Assembly (NCBI RefSeq): GCF_018350175.1
Contig: NC_058368.1
Coordinates: forward strand, 207,330,001-207,394,000
Length of the DNA: 64,000 bases
Direction: 5' to 3'
From: Felis catus
Lineage: Eukaryota
Both the position numbers and the translations under genes were made by a program. Below, piece by piece: positions 25,704-38,790 of this stretch. The notes under the pieces are model-generated. The model was not told the origin of the DNA, made no database searches, and was given only the letters and a program-made list of their open reading frames with translations. Within the stretch, counting starts at the first letter, position 1, and each line of letters starts with the position of its first letter.

Positions 25704-25870
25704 CACCAGCAGGGAAAGAGCAGAGAAAGAGCGAGACAGAATCCCAAGCAGGCTCCACACTGTCGGCACAGAGCCCAATGCAGGGCTCGATCTCACGAAC
25801 CAGGAGGTCATGACCTGAGCTGAAATCAAGAGTTGGATGCTTAACCAACTGAGCCACCCAGGTACCCCCC
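25633..25870 (-). mobile_element. CanSINE
   Basis: TSD tcctaggttgctctt (25618-25632, 25871-25885). Confidence 0.96.
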
Positions 25871-26539
25871 TCCTAGGTTGCTCTTAGAAATCCTTTCTCA
25901 GGTTTTAGGCTGGAGGGCTGACAGATGTGGATGACCAGCCATCTAATAAGTGGTGGGGAGAAGCACAAAGAATGCCCGAGCCCTGTGAAATATCTGCACC
26001 TACAGCAGTCTTTCTTGGTGAAGCCATGGTGTCTGACTGGAGGCCTTGCTGCCTCATAGACCGTTGCACCAGGGTCAGCCCTTGCCTGCCTGGGATGGCT
26101 TCTACCTGGATTCTGCGTACATTTCTGCTGTTCCTGCTAGTCACTGCCTCTTGAGCTTGTGACATGCATCCAAGACTTCCCAGAGGTACAAAAATGCTCT
26201 GAACCAGGCAGTTAAATGGAGTGTAGCATTGTGCTCCCTCCTCCACCCCAAGTAAGACATTTTTATGTAACCATATCAGGGTGACATTTTGATGTAAGCT
26301 ATCGGACACATAGTTCTGTGGCCAAATGGACCTGTGAGCATGTAAAATCAATTGTTCTCTATTACCAACTAGAGTCGACACAAAGCTTCTATATAACCAC
26401 CGTCATTGCGATGAATCCAGTGATGATTATGGTAGACTTGTGTATTTACTTTTGGTGTTCTTTTAAAATTCCTATATTGCTAATTTTTCTGCCAAATATA
26501 AAACCCTCAGGGAATCAATCAGTAGAAAGTCTCAGCTGC

Positions 26540-27000
26540 ATGTGGGGCTCTGGAGTCAGACCTCTGAGATTAAATCCCGACTCCATAACTCATTAATTGT
26601 GTGACCCTAAGAAAGGTCCATGTGCCTCAGTTTCCTTAGCTACAAAATGGGGGGGGGGGGAGGGGGAATAGCACCAAACTTAGTAATTTTTAGAATTAGA
26701 ATGAACGAGTTAATGTATGTAAACTTTATTTTTTTTTATTTTTTTTTAAGTTTATTTTTGACAGAGACAGAGTATGAGCATGAGCTGGGGAGGAGCAGAG
26801 ACAGGGAGGGCGACACAGAATCCAAAGCAGGCTCCAGGCTCCAAGCTGTCAGCACAGAGCCTGACGCGGGCTCGAACTCAAAAACTTTGAGATCATGACC
26901 TGGGCCGAAGTCAGACGCTTAACCGACTGAGCCAACCAGATGCCCCAATGTATATAAACGTCAGAATGGTAGTTGACCCTGACTAAACAGTTCATTTTGG
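26540..27000 (+). mobile_element. MIR interrupted by a CanSINE
   Basis: gggctctggagtcagac...tgcctcagtttcctt. Confidence 0.8.
26725..26946 (-). mobile_element. CanSINE
   Basis: TSD aatgtat(g/a)taaac (26712-26724, 26947-26959). Confidence 0.96.
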
Positions 27001-28912
27001 ATAGCATGTTATTTTTAAAAGATGTTTACAATAAACAAATGCATGCTTTCTGAAAAAAATGTGAAATACTCAGAAGATTATAAAATAAAAGAATTCAGGT
27101 CCCATTCCTAATTCTTCTAGAACTCATTCCCTTCTGGTATAAATTGGGATGAGGCAGCAAGTGGTTGGGGACCATAAATCCTTTTCTAACACTACCTGGT
27201 GCAATCCCTCGCACATACTGTGCATGTAATAAATGTGAACTTACACTTACCAGGTTTATCTATGGGATTCTAAGGCTCCTTCTATATTTCTGGCCCACAG
27301 ATCATTTCCATATGGCACAGGACACCACAGACCACATATCCTGACCAGAATTATTGAGACATGTTGTTTTTAAAGAGACATTAATGAGGGCTATAAACGG
27401 ATTTATTCTAGACTACAAAGAAAGCATAAATGTGGTTTATTTAAATGCTGAAATTATGAGAGACCGGTGCAAAGGCCACCTGGAGGATCCTTTAGGCCCA
27501 CCAATGGTCACGGACCACACTTCGAGAAGTGCCAATTTATGCCTATTTATACGTCCCAATAGCGAGCTTGCTTTTTAAAATGACATTGTTTTATTATTTT
27601 GTCATGGTCGGTTTGGACTTCACTTGCACATTACCAGATCCTTTTCCTGCTCTAGGGAGATATAGCCAGCTTTAAATAAATTGTTTTACTCTCTTTCATT
27701 TTCAATGTCATATAAAATATAGTTTATAAAGCCTCAAGCATAACAACAAATGCTTCTCTCAGTGCCATCATGAAAACAGAGTAACTCCTGAAAGAATAAC
27801 ATGAGAACGAAAATTGAAAATTGCAGTTTCTCTGAGCTTGCTTCCTCCCTGCCAAGTTCTATTCCTTTTTCCTCTTGCTGTCCTTTGGGGCCCAGCTTTG
27901 AAATTGGCACTGAGCAGTCAGAGTGGCCATTAACGATTCCATTTGACTAAATGTGCCGAGCAAACATAAATGCCAAAGCCCTGAGTAAACATACTGCCGG
28001 GAGCCCTGGGAGTCAGGCAGGGAAGATGCTTGGATAGGTCAGGGCCACTGGGCCTCCCAGCAACCGAAGACCACAGATGGACTCTGGATCTGAACGACAA
28101 TGCAGATTTCTGGAATTAAGATCCCAACCCTCCAGGCAGGAAGCCTGATCCGGAAAGCTTGAAAAACCACCATTCTGTAGGAAATAAATAAGGGACATTT
28201 TCTCCCCAAATATTTCCTCTTTTAAAGAAGAAGTAACAGAACAACTAAATTTGCTGCCATCTCCTCGCACCTCTGATTTTTTTCTAAATACATTAAAAAC
28301 AGTTTCTATGGAGTAAGTCTCAAAGAGGAGACTTAAGCTAACTGGAATTACGGGAGGAAGATTTCTTCCTAATAGATGGCTCTTAAGAGCACTGGAGGAG
28401 GAGTCAAGACCTATGTCTTACTTCTCAGGTCCTCAGGCAGAGCCACATTTTCAAATCAGCAACATGCATTTTTTAATGGGATATATTTACCTTTAGGGTC
28501 CCCTCTAGGCTTAGAATCTTCTTTTTGTTCTTCCATACTGTTCTGCTAATGATTTTACATACTCTGAATTTGTCAGTACAAGAGTAAGTAAGAAGGCCGT
28601 GCATTATTAACATTGAGACAGTGAAGCTCCTAATATTCTTTTGTCTTCTAAATCTATACCAATAATTACATTAGTGCAGACCCCACCTTCCTACTCTTAA
28701 GCCTCTCTGAAGAAAAGATTATTATATTTATTGATTTTTTAATTATATATTTATTATATAATATTTATTGTATTTATTAATGAATACATAAAATTGTGTA
28801 TTTATTACATATCCTCTGTCTCCAATTAAATATATACTCTGTAATTTATATATAATTACATGTTGAGGTGCCTGAGTGGCTCTGTCAGTTGAGCATCAGA
28901 CTCTTTTTAAAA

Positions 28913-29138
28913 TTAAAAAAAAAAATTTTTAATGTTTATTTATTTTTGAAGGAGAGAGAGACAGAGTGTGAGTCGGGGAGGGACAGAGAGAGACACCCAC
29001 ACACACACAGAATCCGAAGCAGGCTCCAGGCTCTGAGCTGTCAGCACAGAGCCGATGCAGAGATCGAACTCACAAACCACGAGATCATGACCTGAGCCGA
29101 AGTCGAACGTTCCACCGACTGAGCCACCGCAGGCACCC
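28913..29138 (-). mobile_element. CanSINE (latest insertion of the nest)
   Basis: TSD ctctttttaaaa (28901-28912, 29139-29150). Confidence 0.92.
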
Positions 29139-29150
29139 CTCTTTTTAAAA

Positions 29151-29348
29151 ATTTTTTTGATGTTTATTTATTTTTGAGAAAGAGAGAGAGTGTAAGCGGG
29201 GGAGGGGCAGAGAGGGGGACAGAGGATCCGATGCAGGCTCTGTGCTGACACCAGAGAGTCCAATGTGGGGCTCAAACTCACAAACCACGAGATCATGACC
29301 TGAGGACCCAAAGTCAGACCCTAACAGACCGAGCCAACCAGGTGCCCC
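29151..29348 (-). mobile_element. CanSINE (middle insertion of the nest)
   Basis: Reverse head ccaggtgcccc abuts the TSD at 29349. Confidence 0.92.
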
Positions 29349-29639
29349 TGAGCATCAGACTCTTAATTTCAGCTCGGGTCATGATCTCATGGTCATGGGA
29401 TTGAGCCCCGTGTCAAGCCCCCCACACTCAGTGTGGAGCCTGCCTGGGATCTTCTCTCTCCCTCTTCCTCTGCCCCTCTCCCACATGCACGTATGTGCAC
29501 ATGTGCTCTATCTCTGTTTATCTCTCTCTCTCTCTCTGTCTCTAAAGAAAAAATAAATAAATAAATACCTACATACATATGTATAGTAGGTAGATATGGA
29601 ATATATACCTATTTATGTATATCCAATAAAACACTAGAT

Positions 29640-30504
29640 TTCAAAATAGGTGAAGAACTCCTACAAATTAATAAAGGAAAAAAAGGCAATCTTATAGAAA
29701 AATGGCCAAAAGACTTGAAGAGGCATATCACAAAAATGGGCAACTAAATGGCCAATAAACATGTGAAAATAGGCTCGACATCTTTGGTAATCAGGAAATG
29801 CGAATTAAAACCATGATGAAGTAATACACGGATGATAAAAGCCAAAAAGTATCACAATGTCAAGGGATGGTGAGGATGTGGAGCGGGAGAAACAGTCGCA
29901 CAATAGAGGTAGGAATATAAATTTGTACAACTCTGGAAAATAGTTCAACATCATAAAGTCAAGTTGAAGCCTATGATGTAGTACTGTGACTCAGGACTTG
30001 CACTCCAAGGGATATACCTTAAAGAAATGCATAGCATGTTCCGGGGCACGTGGACAAGAATGCTCATAGCATGCTCATAATAGCCCCAATCTGAAAATAA
30101 CACAAACAGTAACCGACAGTAGCATGGGTTGTCTTTACACACTGGAATACTGTAGAGCAAGGAGAATAAAAGAACTACACGAATGAGTGGCAATGTTGAG
30201 TAAGAGAAGCCAGACACAAAGGAATATTTGTAGTATGGTTCCCTTGATATAAAGTTCAAAAATAGAGTAAATAAAGCTATATTATTTTGAGGATGCATAC
30301 AATGGCTGGAAAACTGTAAAGAAAAGCAAGGAGGGGCACCTGGGTGGCTCAGTCAATTGAATGTCCAACTCGTGATTTTGGCTCAGGTCATGATTCCAGG
30401 GTCATGGGATCGAGCCCTGCGTTGGGCTCTGTGCTCCACTCAGAGACTGCTTAGGATTCTCTCTCCCTCTTTTCCAGTCCCTCCTCCATGCACTTACACA
30501 TGTG

Positions 30505-30536
<32 letters not shown>

Positions 30537-30820
30537 GAGAAAAGAAGAGAAGAGAAGGGAAGGGAAGGGAAGGGAAAGAAGGAAAGAGACGAAAAGAGAG
30601 AAGAAATGAATATTATACAGGTCCTGATGGTAGGGGAGAGAGGATGTTGAGATGAGACAAAAGCAGAGGAAGGGGGTTTCTGGATGAGTTGTGTTTTGCA
30701 TTTCTGATCTGGGTGATAGTGGCATGAATGTTCTCTTCAAGCCACTTTGCCAAAAGCTAGTTTGATATTTTTCTGTTCTTTTTTGAGTGGACATTATGTT
30801 TCACAGTTTAAAATTTTTTT
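29640..30820 (+). mobile_element. Old L1 (L1ME-like) 3' region
   Basis: gaactcctacaaattaataa, aaaatggccaaaagacttgaagaggca, atcaggaaatgcgaattaaaacca, aagccagacacaaag. Confidence 0.85.
30333..30540 (+). mobile_element. Older CanSINE with a purine-repeat tail, inside L1
   Basis: ggggcacctgggtggctcagtc head; (AAGGG/AAGAG)n follows to about 30605. Confidence 0.92.
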
Positions 30821-33356
30821 AATTTAAAAGAATGAAAAATGTTTAAAAAGACTAGTAGGTTGATGTGTGAAAATTAGAATCTATACTGAGGAATCAAACC
30901 TTTGGTGATTGAATGGGAATGAAAGAGCTTTGGGAGTCAAAGATCTGACAGACGAAAATTCCAAAATTAGGAACATCACTACTAAGATTAGAAGCATATT
31001 TATTTCCCAGAACCAGGCAAACCACGAGCCAAAAATGTTCCTTTTATTTTGCTTTACTTTTACTTTCTTTGGGAAGGAATTCAGAGATCCAAACTGGCTC
31101 TACAAGTAAGACTATATTGAGATTAACAAGTCACCTTGGTTAAAATAGTTAAACATGTTATAAATATTAACATAATAAGTAACTTCTCTGAAAATGTCTG
31201 TAAAGCTGGTAAGGAAGACAGAAAATCAGTTGAATGGGTCTTGGGAAGGAAAGGAAGGACTCACTGTCTTTAATTCCTACATACAATGAGCACATCTGAA
31301 TATTTAAGTGCAACCTCAGTTCATTACTTCTTTTTTTTCTTATTTTCTCTGCAATCTATTGCATAGTTCTGCATAGTTTACCTAATTCCTCTGTGTTTCA
31401 ATTTAATCTGACCTATCGCCATACACGATAGAAGTGGATGAGACTTAGACACATGTAAAACTTCAGATCTTTCAGTAACAACACAACACCCTCAGCCTCA
31501 GCTACCTGAACTTAAACGGCTCCAGTTTGGGGCAGGTTCTCTGTAAATCTCAGCAGTCGTAGGGCTTCTTGTATTTCTCCAATTTTTTTTTTTTGTTCAT
31601 TTCCTGTCAGTCTTTATAATATCTACAAACATAGGGCAGATGTTTTATTTTCTCCTTAGAAGGATTGCCTATTCAATTTAAAAATATGAACTCCTCAAAA
31701 AAATAAGTCAATCCAGAGGTCATTCATTATCAAAAATCCTGATGTGAGAATGTTTTCATCTTTTAGTGCAGACCTACTGGTCACCCAACATATGAAGGTG
31801 ATGACCCTGTCATGTGGTGTACTGGAAAGTAATACCACATGGAGACAAACACAGCTTTTTTAGTAAGAATATTGATTGGGGGGGGCTGCTGAGAACAGGG
31901 AGAAAACAACTAAAACTTTGCTTCAGATGTTCACAATTTAAAATGTTTGTTTCCCAATAATCCATCCCAAAGTTATAAGGGTACTTTTTTTTCTAATCCT
32001 AACCCTAGACTTATATCTACATGTTTTTCATTATCTCCTTCAGATACTGTTATTTCATTTTGTCGGTTGCATCCCAAACTTCAACTTTGGCCCTTTTGCT
32101 CAAGCTTGATATGTGACATTCTCATTCCCGTGAATATTTTCCATACTTGAGGACAGACTATCTGAAAATTTTATTTTGCTTTGGACTCACAAAGAGAAGG
32201 AAATGCACAAGGATCCTCTCCTAAACATGAAATTCACCCTGAGATCCGGAACCACCTGGCACTGAAGTGACAAGGCTTCCAAGCTTCCACCTGCTCCTGA
32301 AGTTGGATGAGAGCATCCATGCCAAGTAGGCAAGATGTTGGGGAAGAGAGGTGGGGCTGAGGTCAGCTCTGTTCTTTTCCCACTCTGCATTTTGTAAATT
32401 CAGAGGTGGAATCTGTTACTATACCCTGCCAGATAGACTAGAACACACAGAGTCAGCCCCTTTCTTCTAGGAACCAACAAAGCCATTCCTTATCTGACCT
32501 GTTTCCTACACATAGCATACCTGAGTGTCTGTTTCTATTTCATCCAATTATTTACTCCTTTAAAATATGGAAGAAGAAAGACCAAAGTGTCTTTGCTAAT
32601 GCTTCTGCCAGTTTTCTGTTCATCCAGATCCTGACCTAGCTTGGTTGAATCATTACAGTGCAAAGTTATTCTTTCACTATGGCAGTGACAGAAAGGTAAA
32701 TCGTTAACAAAAGACTCAGTGAGTCCATAATTATTGCTGACCCTCCATGATGTGATTTGGAGCCACTGTGTAATCAAGAGCCTGGTGTGATGGTTACAAA
32801 CAGGCCTGGAATGCCACCAGTCCATCCAATCTTCCCCTCCAATCTTGGGTTACATCACTGAAGTTTCTTCTAGGCTCCTATCACTCCTACCAATCTCCGA
32901 CAGAGCATTTTCTCTCTAAACACAAGTTGAAGTTGGTGATGGCAACCATAGCTTACTATGCACACTTCAGTTACATTTTATGTGAAGGATTGCACATGTT
33001 AGTCTAAGGAGTTAAATTTCTTCAGAAAAGTCTCTCTTATAGTCCACTAAAACTCAGAAAGAAATCCCCAGTGCAGTAATAGGAAAGTTCATACAGGCAG
33101 CATTTCATGATTAGCTCATTTGTGTTGGACAGGACGAAAGGAAAATTTCTTCTTGCATGTGCAGAAAGGAGTTGTTCTCTACCAGCCAGTTTCTGCACTG
33201 ATGAATTGTGATGTGCTAAAACTAAAGGAATCATAAGAAATACATTCTAGAAGGTAGAATGAAAGCAAAGCAAGGATCCAAAGGTCAAGAAGAAAAAGCT
33301 AGAGAAACTATGTCAGGGTGTCAGAAGACAGAACGTCAATAAAAGTCTAATCTTAC

Positions 33357-33550
33357 GGGGACCTGCATGGCTCAGTCAGTTAAGGATCTGACTTTGGCTG
33401 ATGTCACGATCTTGGGGTTCGTGAGTTCGGGCCCCACATCTGTCTCTGTGCTGACAGCTCAGAACTTGGAGCCTACTTTGGATTCTGTGTCTCCCTCTCT
33501 CTCTGCCCCTCCCCCCCCCCAATAAATAAACATCAAAAAAATTTTTTTTT
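33357..33550 (+). mobile_element. CanSINE with 3' internal deletion
   Basis: ggggacctgcatggctcagtcagttaag head; flanks aagtctaatc/aagtctgatc. Confidence 0.92.
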
Positions 33551-34609
33551 AAGTCTGATCCATAAACCTTGCCAAGGAGGGGCATACTATGGATTTGGCC
33601 AATGGTGATGCACTTCTTCAGAAGGGTGCAAATCCTGGCTTCTGAAGTGATGCTCTAAATTCATGGCATTTCACAAGACCATTGAAAATGCTTAGTAATT
33701 GTTTGCAGCTGCTGTTCAGCCATTTCCTTTACATTCCATGGCCCTGGAGACAGAAGGAAAAAATTCTTTATGCCAGTTTTTGTAGATCATAGTGTTAGCT
33801 ATAAATCCACTGTAGTCTATAAAACACGGTTCTTTCATTGTTTCCACTTCATACCAAATCATAAAATTTTTTAAAAACAAAACAAAATGAAAGAGAACAA
33901 CAAACACAACAAAAAGGCTTTTTTTAACTTTGAGGAAATCGCCCTTCATAATACAGTAAAATCTCAGTAATTCAGATCTGTCCAGGTTAGTAAAAAGTCG
34001 AGATTGTGAGCTATGGAGTTCCAGTGTTCAAGTTTTTATCCTATACAGAAGTATGTGTGCTTGTCTGTATGGTGACATTTATTCTCTAGGGTATTACAGA
34101 TGACCTACTGGGTGGAGTATTCTGGAAGCAGCACTGGGAGCACTGGCTGTCTGTGGGGCCTTGGGCTAAGTGCCCTGAGATGAGAGGTTGGGACCAGAAC
34201 GAGATGGCAGGTACATGGTATGTGCAAAGTCACTTTCTCTCCTGCCTCCAGGGCCAATTTTGCTAACCTGTAAACTTTCTGTTAAGCAAAGAAACAGGCT
34301 CAGAATGTTTCTTCACGGAGCTCCAGTAAACACTGGTCAGTCTGTCAGCCTCAGCACACTCTAGTAAGTCTGTTTATGGGTCTAGATGACTTCAAAACTT
34401 CTTGAAGCATGTTAATTCCAATATGCTGATAGAGATCCTGCAAGAACCCACTCTGAGGAATGCAAAAATGTAACCAGTCCTTGGTTTATAATATACAAAC
34501 CATTTCCAAATTGCTTTTACATGCACCTAAAACATCAGCTATCTTCACAAAATACAGCAGTTCTCATCACACCCGGTGGAAGGGGCTGGCAATGAGAAAG
34601 TTCAGGCCT

Positions 34610-34770
34610 GGGGTTGAGAAACTGTGCATTGGAATCAATCTAGGGAGATTTTTTAAATACCCGAACCTGGGACCCACCCTGCCCATTAATTCTGCTAAAG
34701 TTCACAATGGAGCCAGGAGAATGTTTGTTTAAAAATCTGTTTAGTAAGTTTTGATACATCCTTCTAACCA
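34610..34770. mobile_element. MER5-like remnant
   Basis: gtgcattggaatcaatctagggagattttttaaatac...ggagccaggagaatgtttgttt. Confidence 0.5.
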
Positions 34771-34974
34771 AAGATCCTTTTCCATAGTCTTGTTTATATG
34801 ATTTATTTTTTTAGACCATCTATTGTCTCCAGACAAAGCAATGGTAGGTGTCATCTCAGCCTCTGCTCAAATTAAATTTGCACTTTCCAAATGAGTACAG
34901 TGCACATGAGATGATTTTACTATTGATTGAATTTGCAGCTTTATTTCTGGAACCAAGCATTGCATTTTTCAGAT

Positions 34975-35775
34975 AACCACATGATGCTGTCCACTCAACC
35001 CTTCCAGTTTCTCAGGCCAAAAAGCCCGGAGTTGTTCTCAATTTTCTCTCTCTCACAAACCTCATCCAGTTATGTTCAGCCAATTCTTGGCGCTTGCTTC
35101 AGCAACGACCACTTCTTACCACCTCCTCCGCTGGAGCCTGCACCAACCATTCCAATAGCTTCCCAGCTGGTTTCCTGTTTCAATCCTTGATCCTTGTCTA
35201 TTCTCCACACAGCACAGAGTGACCCCAATAACACTGAAGTTGGATCGTGCCATTCCTCTGTATGGAAACCTCGACGAACACTTACAACTTAGTCCCAGCC
35301 AAAGCCAAAGTCATCAGAATGGCCTGCAAGACCCTACACTTTCTGACACCCCTCCTCCCCTGCCTCCGTTGCTTCCTCCTTTGTCCACTCACCCCAGGCC
35401 TCCTTGTTTCTCAGTTTGCGTGTATCCCACACATGCTGTTCCTTCTACCTGGAGTGCACATCCCCCAGATGCCCACATGGCTCTTTCCCTTCCCTCCTCT
35501 AAGTCTTGACTCAGATGTCACCTTTTCAGTGTGCACCTTGCTAATCCCCACTCGTTAAAATTCTAACCTTACTCCCATCCTCTTTTCCTGATTTAATTTG
35601 CTCTGTAGTATGTATCACCATATAGCATCATATATAGTTTAATTATTAATTTTGCCACTCCACGTGGGCAGGGATTTTGTTCTCTTTTGCTCATTTACTC
35701 CCAACATCTAGAACAGTGCCTATCACGTAGCAGATACTCAAATAGATATTTGCTCAATAGAAATAAATTAATGAC
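34975..35775 (+). mobile_element. L2 3' region
   Basis: aaagccaaagtcatcagaatggcctgcaagaccct, gggcagggattttg, tagaacagtgcctatcacgtagcagatactcaaata. Confidence 0.88.
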
Positions 35776-36379
35776 TCAGCTGATAGACTGTGTGATTCAG
35801 TGATTGGAGGAAGCAGCATTAGTAAGCAATGAACAATTGGGCCAAGATTTTCTGGGAATGTCCTCCCCATACTACCACATTCAGTTCCCCCCCTCCCCGC
35901 CCCATGATATTGGCTAATCATTCTTCCCTTTCACCAGGTCACAAGATTGCAATTAGAACAAATAGGTATCTATTTTAACACTTTGGAAGAAATGTTCTGT
36001 CCTATCTAAAGATTCAGGAAACAATTAGGCAATTTGTTGTTTATGCTATGCGCCTCTCCTTTTATTTCCCTACACTATTTCCCTTAGCAATTTCATAAAA
36101 CACCAATAGCCGAAGAAAGAATAAAAGTGAATTTCAAATAAGTCCTTTCTGTTATTTATTCATTTCTTTGTGACTGAGAAAGAAGTTCAAAATATTAACC
36201 TAAAACACACATGGAGATATCTGTTTAATATATTCTCCATTCTCTTTAGATGGAGCTATTATATTTCACAAAGAAAATACATTGGATTTCAAAAATAATT
36301 TGGAGGAAGGTTCTGGATATGAAAAGCAGTCTAGAATAAGTGGTATAATACAAAAAAATTTAAATTAATAATTAATCAC

Positions 36380-36600
36380 CATGGCTAATTTTATGCCTTT
36401 TCTAGATAGGCACCACTAAGTTAAAGCTTTGCATGCATAATCTTATTTTTTATCATCATTTAAACCCTAAGAAGAAGGAACGCATTTAAAAAAAAATTGA
36501 GGCCTCAAAGTGTCAAACAAGCGTCTTCTCCATCAGCCTAGTGGCCAGCAGAGCTGTGATTCAAATTTTAGTCCATCCAAATCCAAAGATAGCATTTGTA
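36380..36600 (-). mobile_element. MIR, diverged
   Basis: taggcaccactaag...aaattgaggcctcaaag...gcagagctgtgattcaaa. Confidence 0.6.
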
Positions 36601-37215
36601 CAGCTTCACTTTTCTACGACAGTGTTTTATAGGGATGGTAAGATGAACTATTTTAAATCAATGGTTCTAGAAAAATTGAGTCATAAGTTTAGAGTGTTTC
36701 ATGTTATCCTGAATTTCAGAGTGTTGACTATAAAAACAAAAGTTATTATCATAACAAGTCAGAAGGAGAAAAACTGCTGATAGCACCACAGAGTGTCTTT
36801 CCCTCAGGAACCACAAAGTACTTTCACAATGATACCAACAAAAAAGGCATTCACAGCATAATATAAAATGGGCATTTGGCGTTTGTCCAGTTAATTGGAT
36901 CAATGAAAGATACACACTGGATAGCTCAGTGATTTTTTTGTTTTGAATTATTCAACTTATCTGTCTTCAGAGATCAATGAACTGAGGCTGGGACCACAGT
37001 GTCACCTCCTGACTTCCTTTCTGGACCATCTGGACCATCACTTATTTCCAAGTGGAAGCATTCTGTCAAATTAGCACATCGAGACATGTCTTTCATAAGT
37101 CTGTCATTTGAAATTAAATGCCTATTCCTTCGCTTATTTTGGAAAGGGAAGGAGGTGGTAGACCTTGCTGAAGAGAAAGGAGAAGACAGTTGAGGCATAC
37201 ATATGTGGTGAGGTG

Positions 37216-37217
<2 letters not shown>

Positions 37218-37257
<40 letters not shown>
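37218..37257. repeat. (GT)n microsatellite
   Basis: Direct read. Confidence 0.97.
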
Positions 37258-37261
<4 letters not shown>

Positions 37262-38180
37262 TTCCCCTGGTAACTGGATATGTGTAATAGGAGTATATGG
37301 AGGTGGTATTTTAAGGATTCTACCTCCTCCCATCCTACTATTTCCCAACAAGGTCTCAGGAAATCCTTATAGTCTTCAAAAATGTTCTCTACCAAAACAA
37401 ACATCACAACAGCGATCGTTGTTACCTTCATTAAGTCTAAAGTCTTCATTTTCTTTCTCCTTATAGATGGTTTGTGTGACCATTTTCTGGATATTGTGAA
37501 ATGATTTGTTGCTTTAAGACGTTGGAAAAGACTTTCTGTTTGGTGTATTTTTCTTCTTAGAACCTTTTAATCATTCATTTGCATCCCAATAGATCTCTCA
37601 AGTCAAAAGATAGGGAACAGAGAATGAATCAGTAGAATTTCATGAGTGGAAGATGAGGAATCTTGTGACTCTAAGAGAAAGTCCCTGAAAAGTCAGGGTG
37701 TCAGGAAAGAAAAGTGGCAATGACAAATGGTTCATGTGTCACTTGATACTGGATTATGTGCCATCTTTGGATTATCAAATGAACAACATAACTTCTGCCA
37801 CAAATGGAACTAACTGTACTGTGTACCAAAGGCTTTGACCTTGACTTAAAACTGTTACCTCTTTTAATGTGTAAATGATTATGCCAAACATTAGCCAAGA
37901 AAAATCAAGTACACAGAAAGACCTCATATTTATAAAACACTTGACACTAGAGAAACAAATAATCTTCGAACTAACTAGGAGGAGAACATATGATATCTTT
38001 ATAATAAAGAAAATATAGCCTTCATTTGGGGAAAGGCAGATGTTCTAACACTATTTTAAAAACACCACCTTAGACAGCAATTTACTTTATCAAAAGGAAT
38101 TGTCTTTATAACTCTGGCTAAAAGTAGGCAGTGGACAGATCTTCACTTTCAAACATCCTTTCTAAAGAGTTCTATTTGAT

Positions 38181-38405
38181 GGGGCGCCTGGGTGGCGCAG
38201 TCGGTTAAGCGTCCGACTTCAGCCAGGTCACGGTCTCGCGCTCCGTGAGTTTGAGCCCCGCATCAGGCTCTGGGCTGATGGCTCAGAGCCTGGAGCCTGT
38301 TTCCGATTCTGTGTCTCCCTCTCTCTCTGCCCCTCCCCCATTCATGCTCTGTCTCTCTCTGTCCCAAAAAATAAATAAACGTTGAAAAAAAAATTAAAAA
38401 AAAAA
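38181..38405 (+). mobile_element. Young SINEC_Fc CanSINE
   Basis: Full length; TSD aaagagttctatttga (38164-38179, 38406-38421). Confidence 0.97.
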
Positions 38406-38529
38406 AAAGAGTTCTATTTGAGAGTGAAATAAACCAGGTAGAAGCATTATCATGGAAGGCTAAGCCAAAGCAAAGGTCAGAGATTTGCCCACTAATGGTG
38501 GGTTTGAAGACACATCAAGAAATTCCATA

Positions 38530-38790
38530 GTGATTACAAACACAGCCTCTGGTGCCAGATGGCCCATGTTCAAAACCAAGTTCTACCACTTAGTAGCTGT
38601 GCTGTCCTCAGAGAAATTATTTAATTATTTAAAGTTTAAACTATACCTCAGTTTTCTTTTCTACAAAATGAAGATAAAAATGAAGCCTTCTTCATGTGAT
38701 TCTCAGGATAAAAAAATATATATAAAGCACTTGGAACACTGCATTGCACAAGATAAATACCAAAAAGCTTCTGTTGTTATTTTTTATTAT
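38530..38790 (+). mobile_element. MIR
   Basis: ctctggtgccaga, ctaccacttagtagctgtg, cctcagttttctttctacaaaatg, taaagcacttggaac. Confidence 0.8.

Larger units (their letters stand above)
28865..29566 (+). mobile_element. Older CanSINE split by two nested SINEs
   Basis: Head 28865-28905 resumes at 29349; duplicated tgagcatcagactctt. Confidence 0.92.

Noticed and set aside
25905..26381. Longest ORF (158 aa)
   Set aside because: No recognisable domain or convincing exon context; length is within chance for 64 kb
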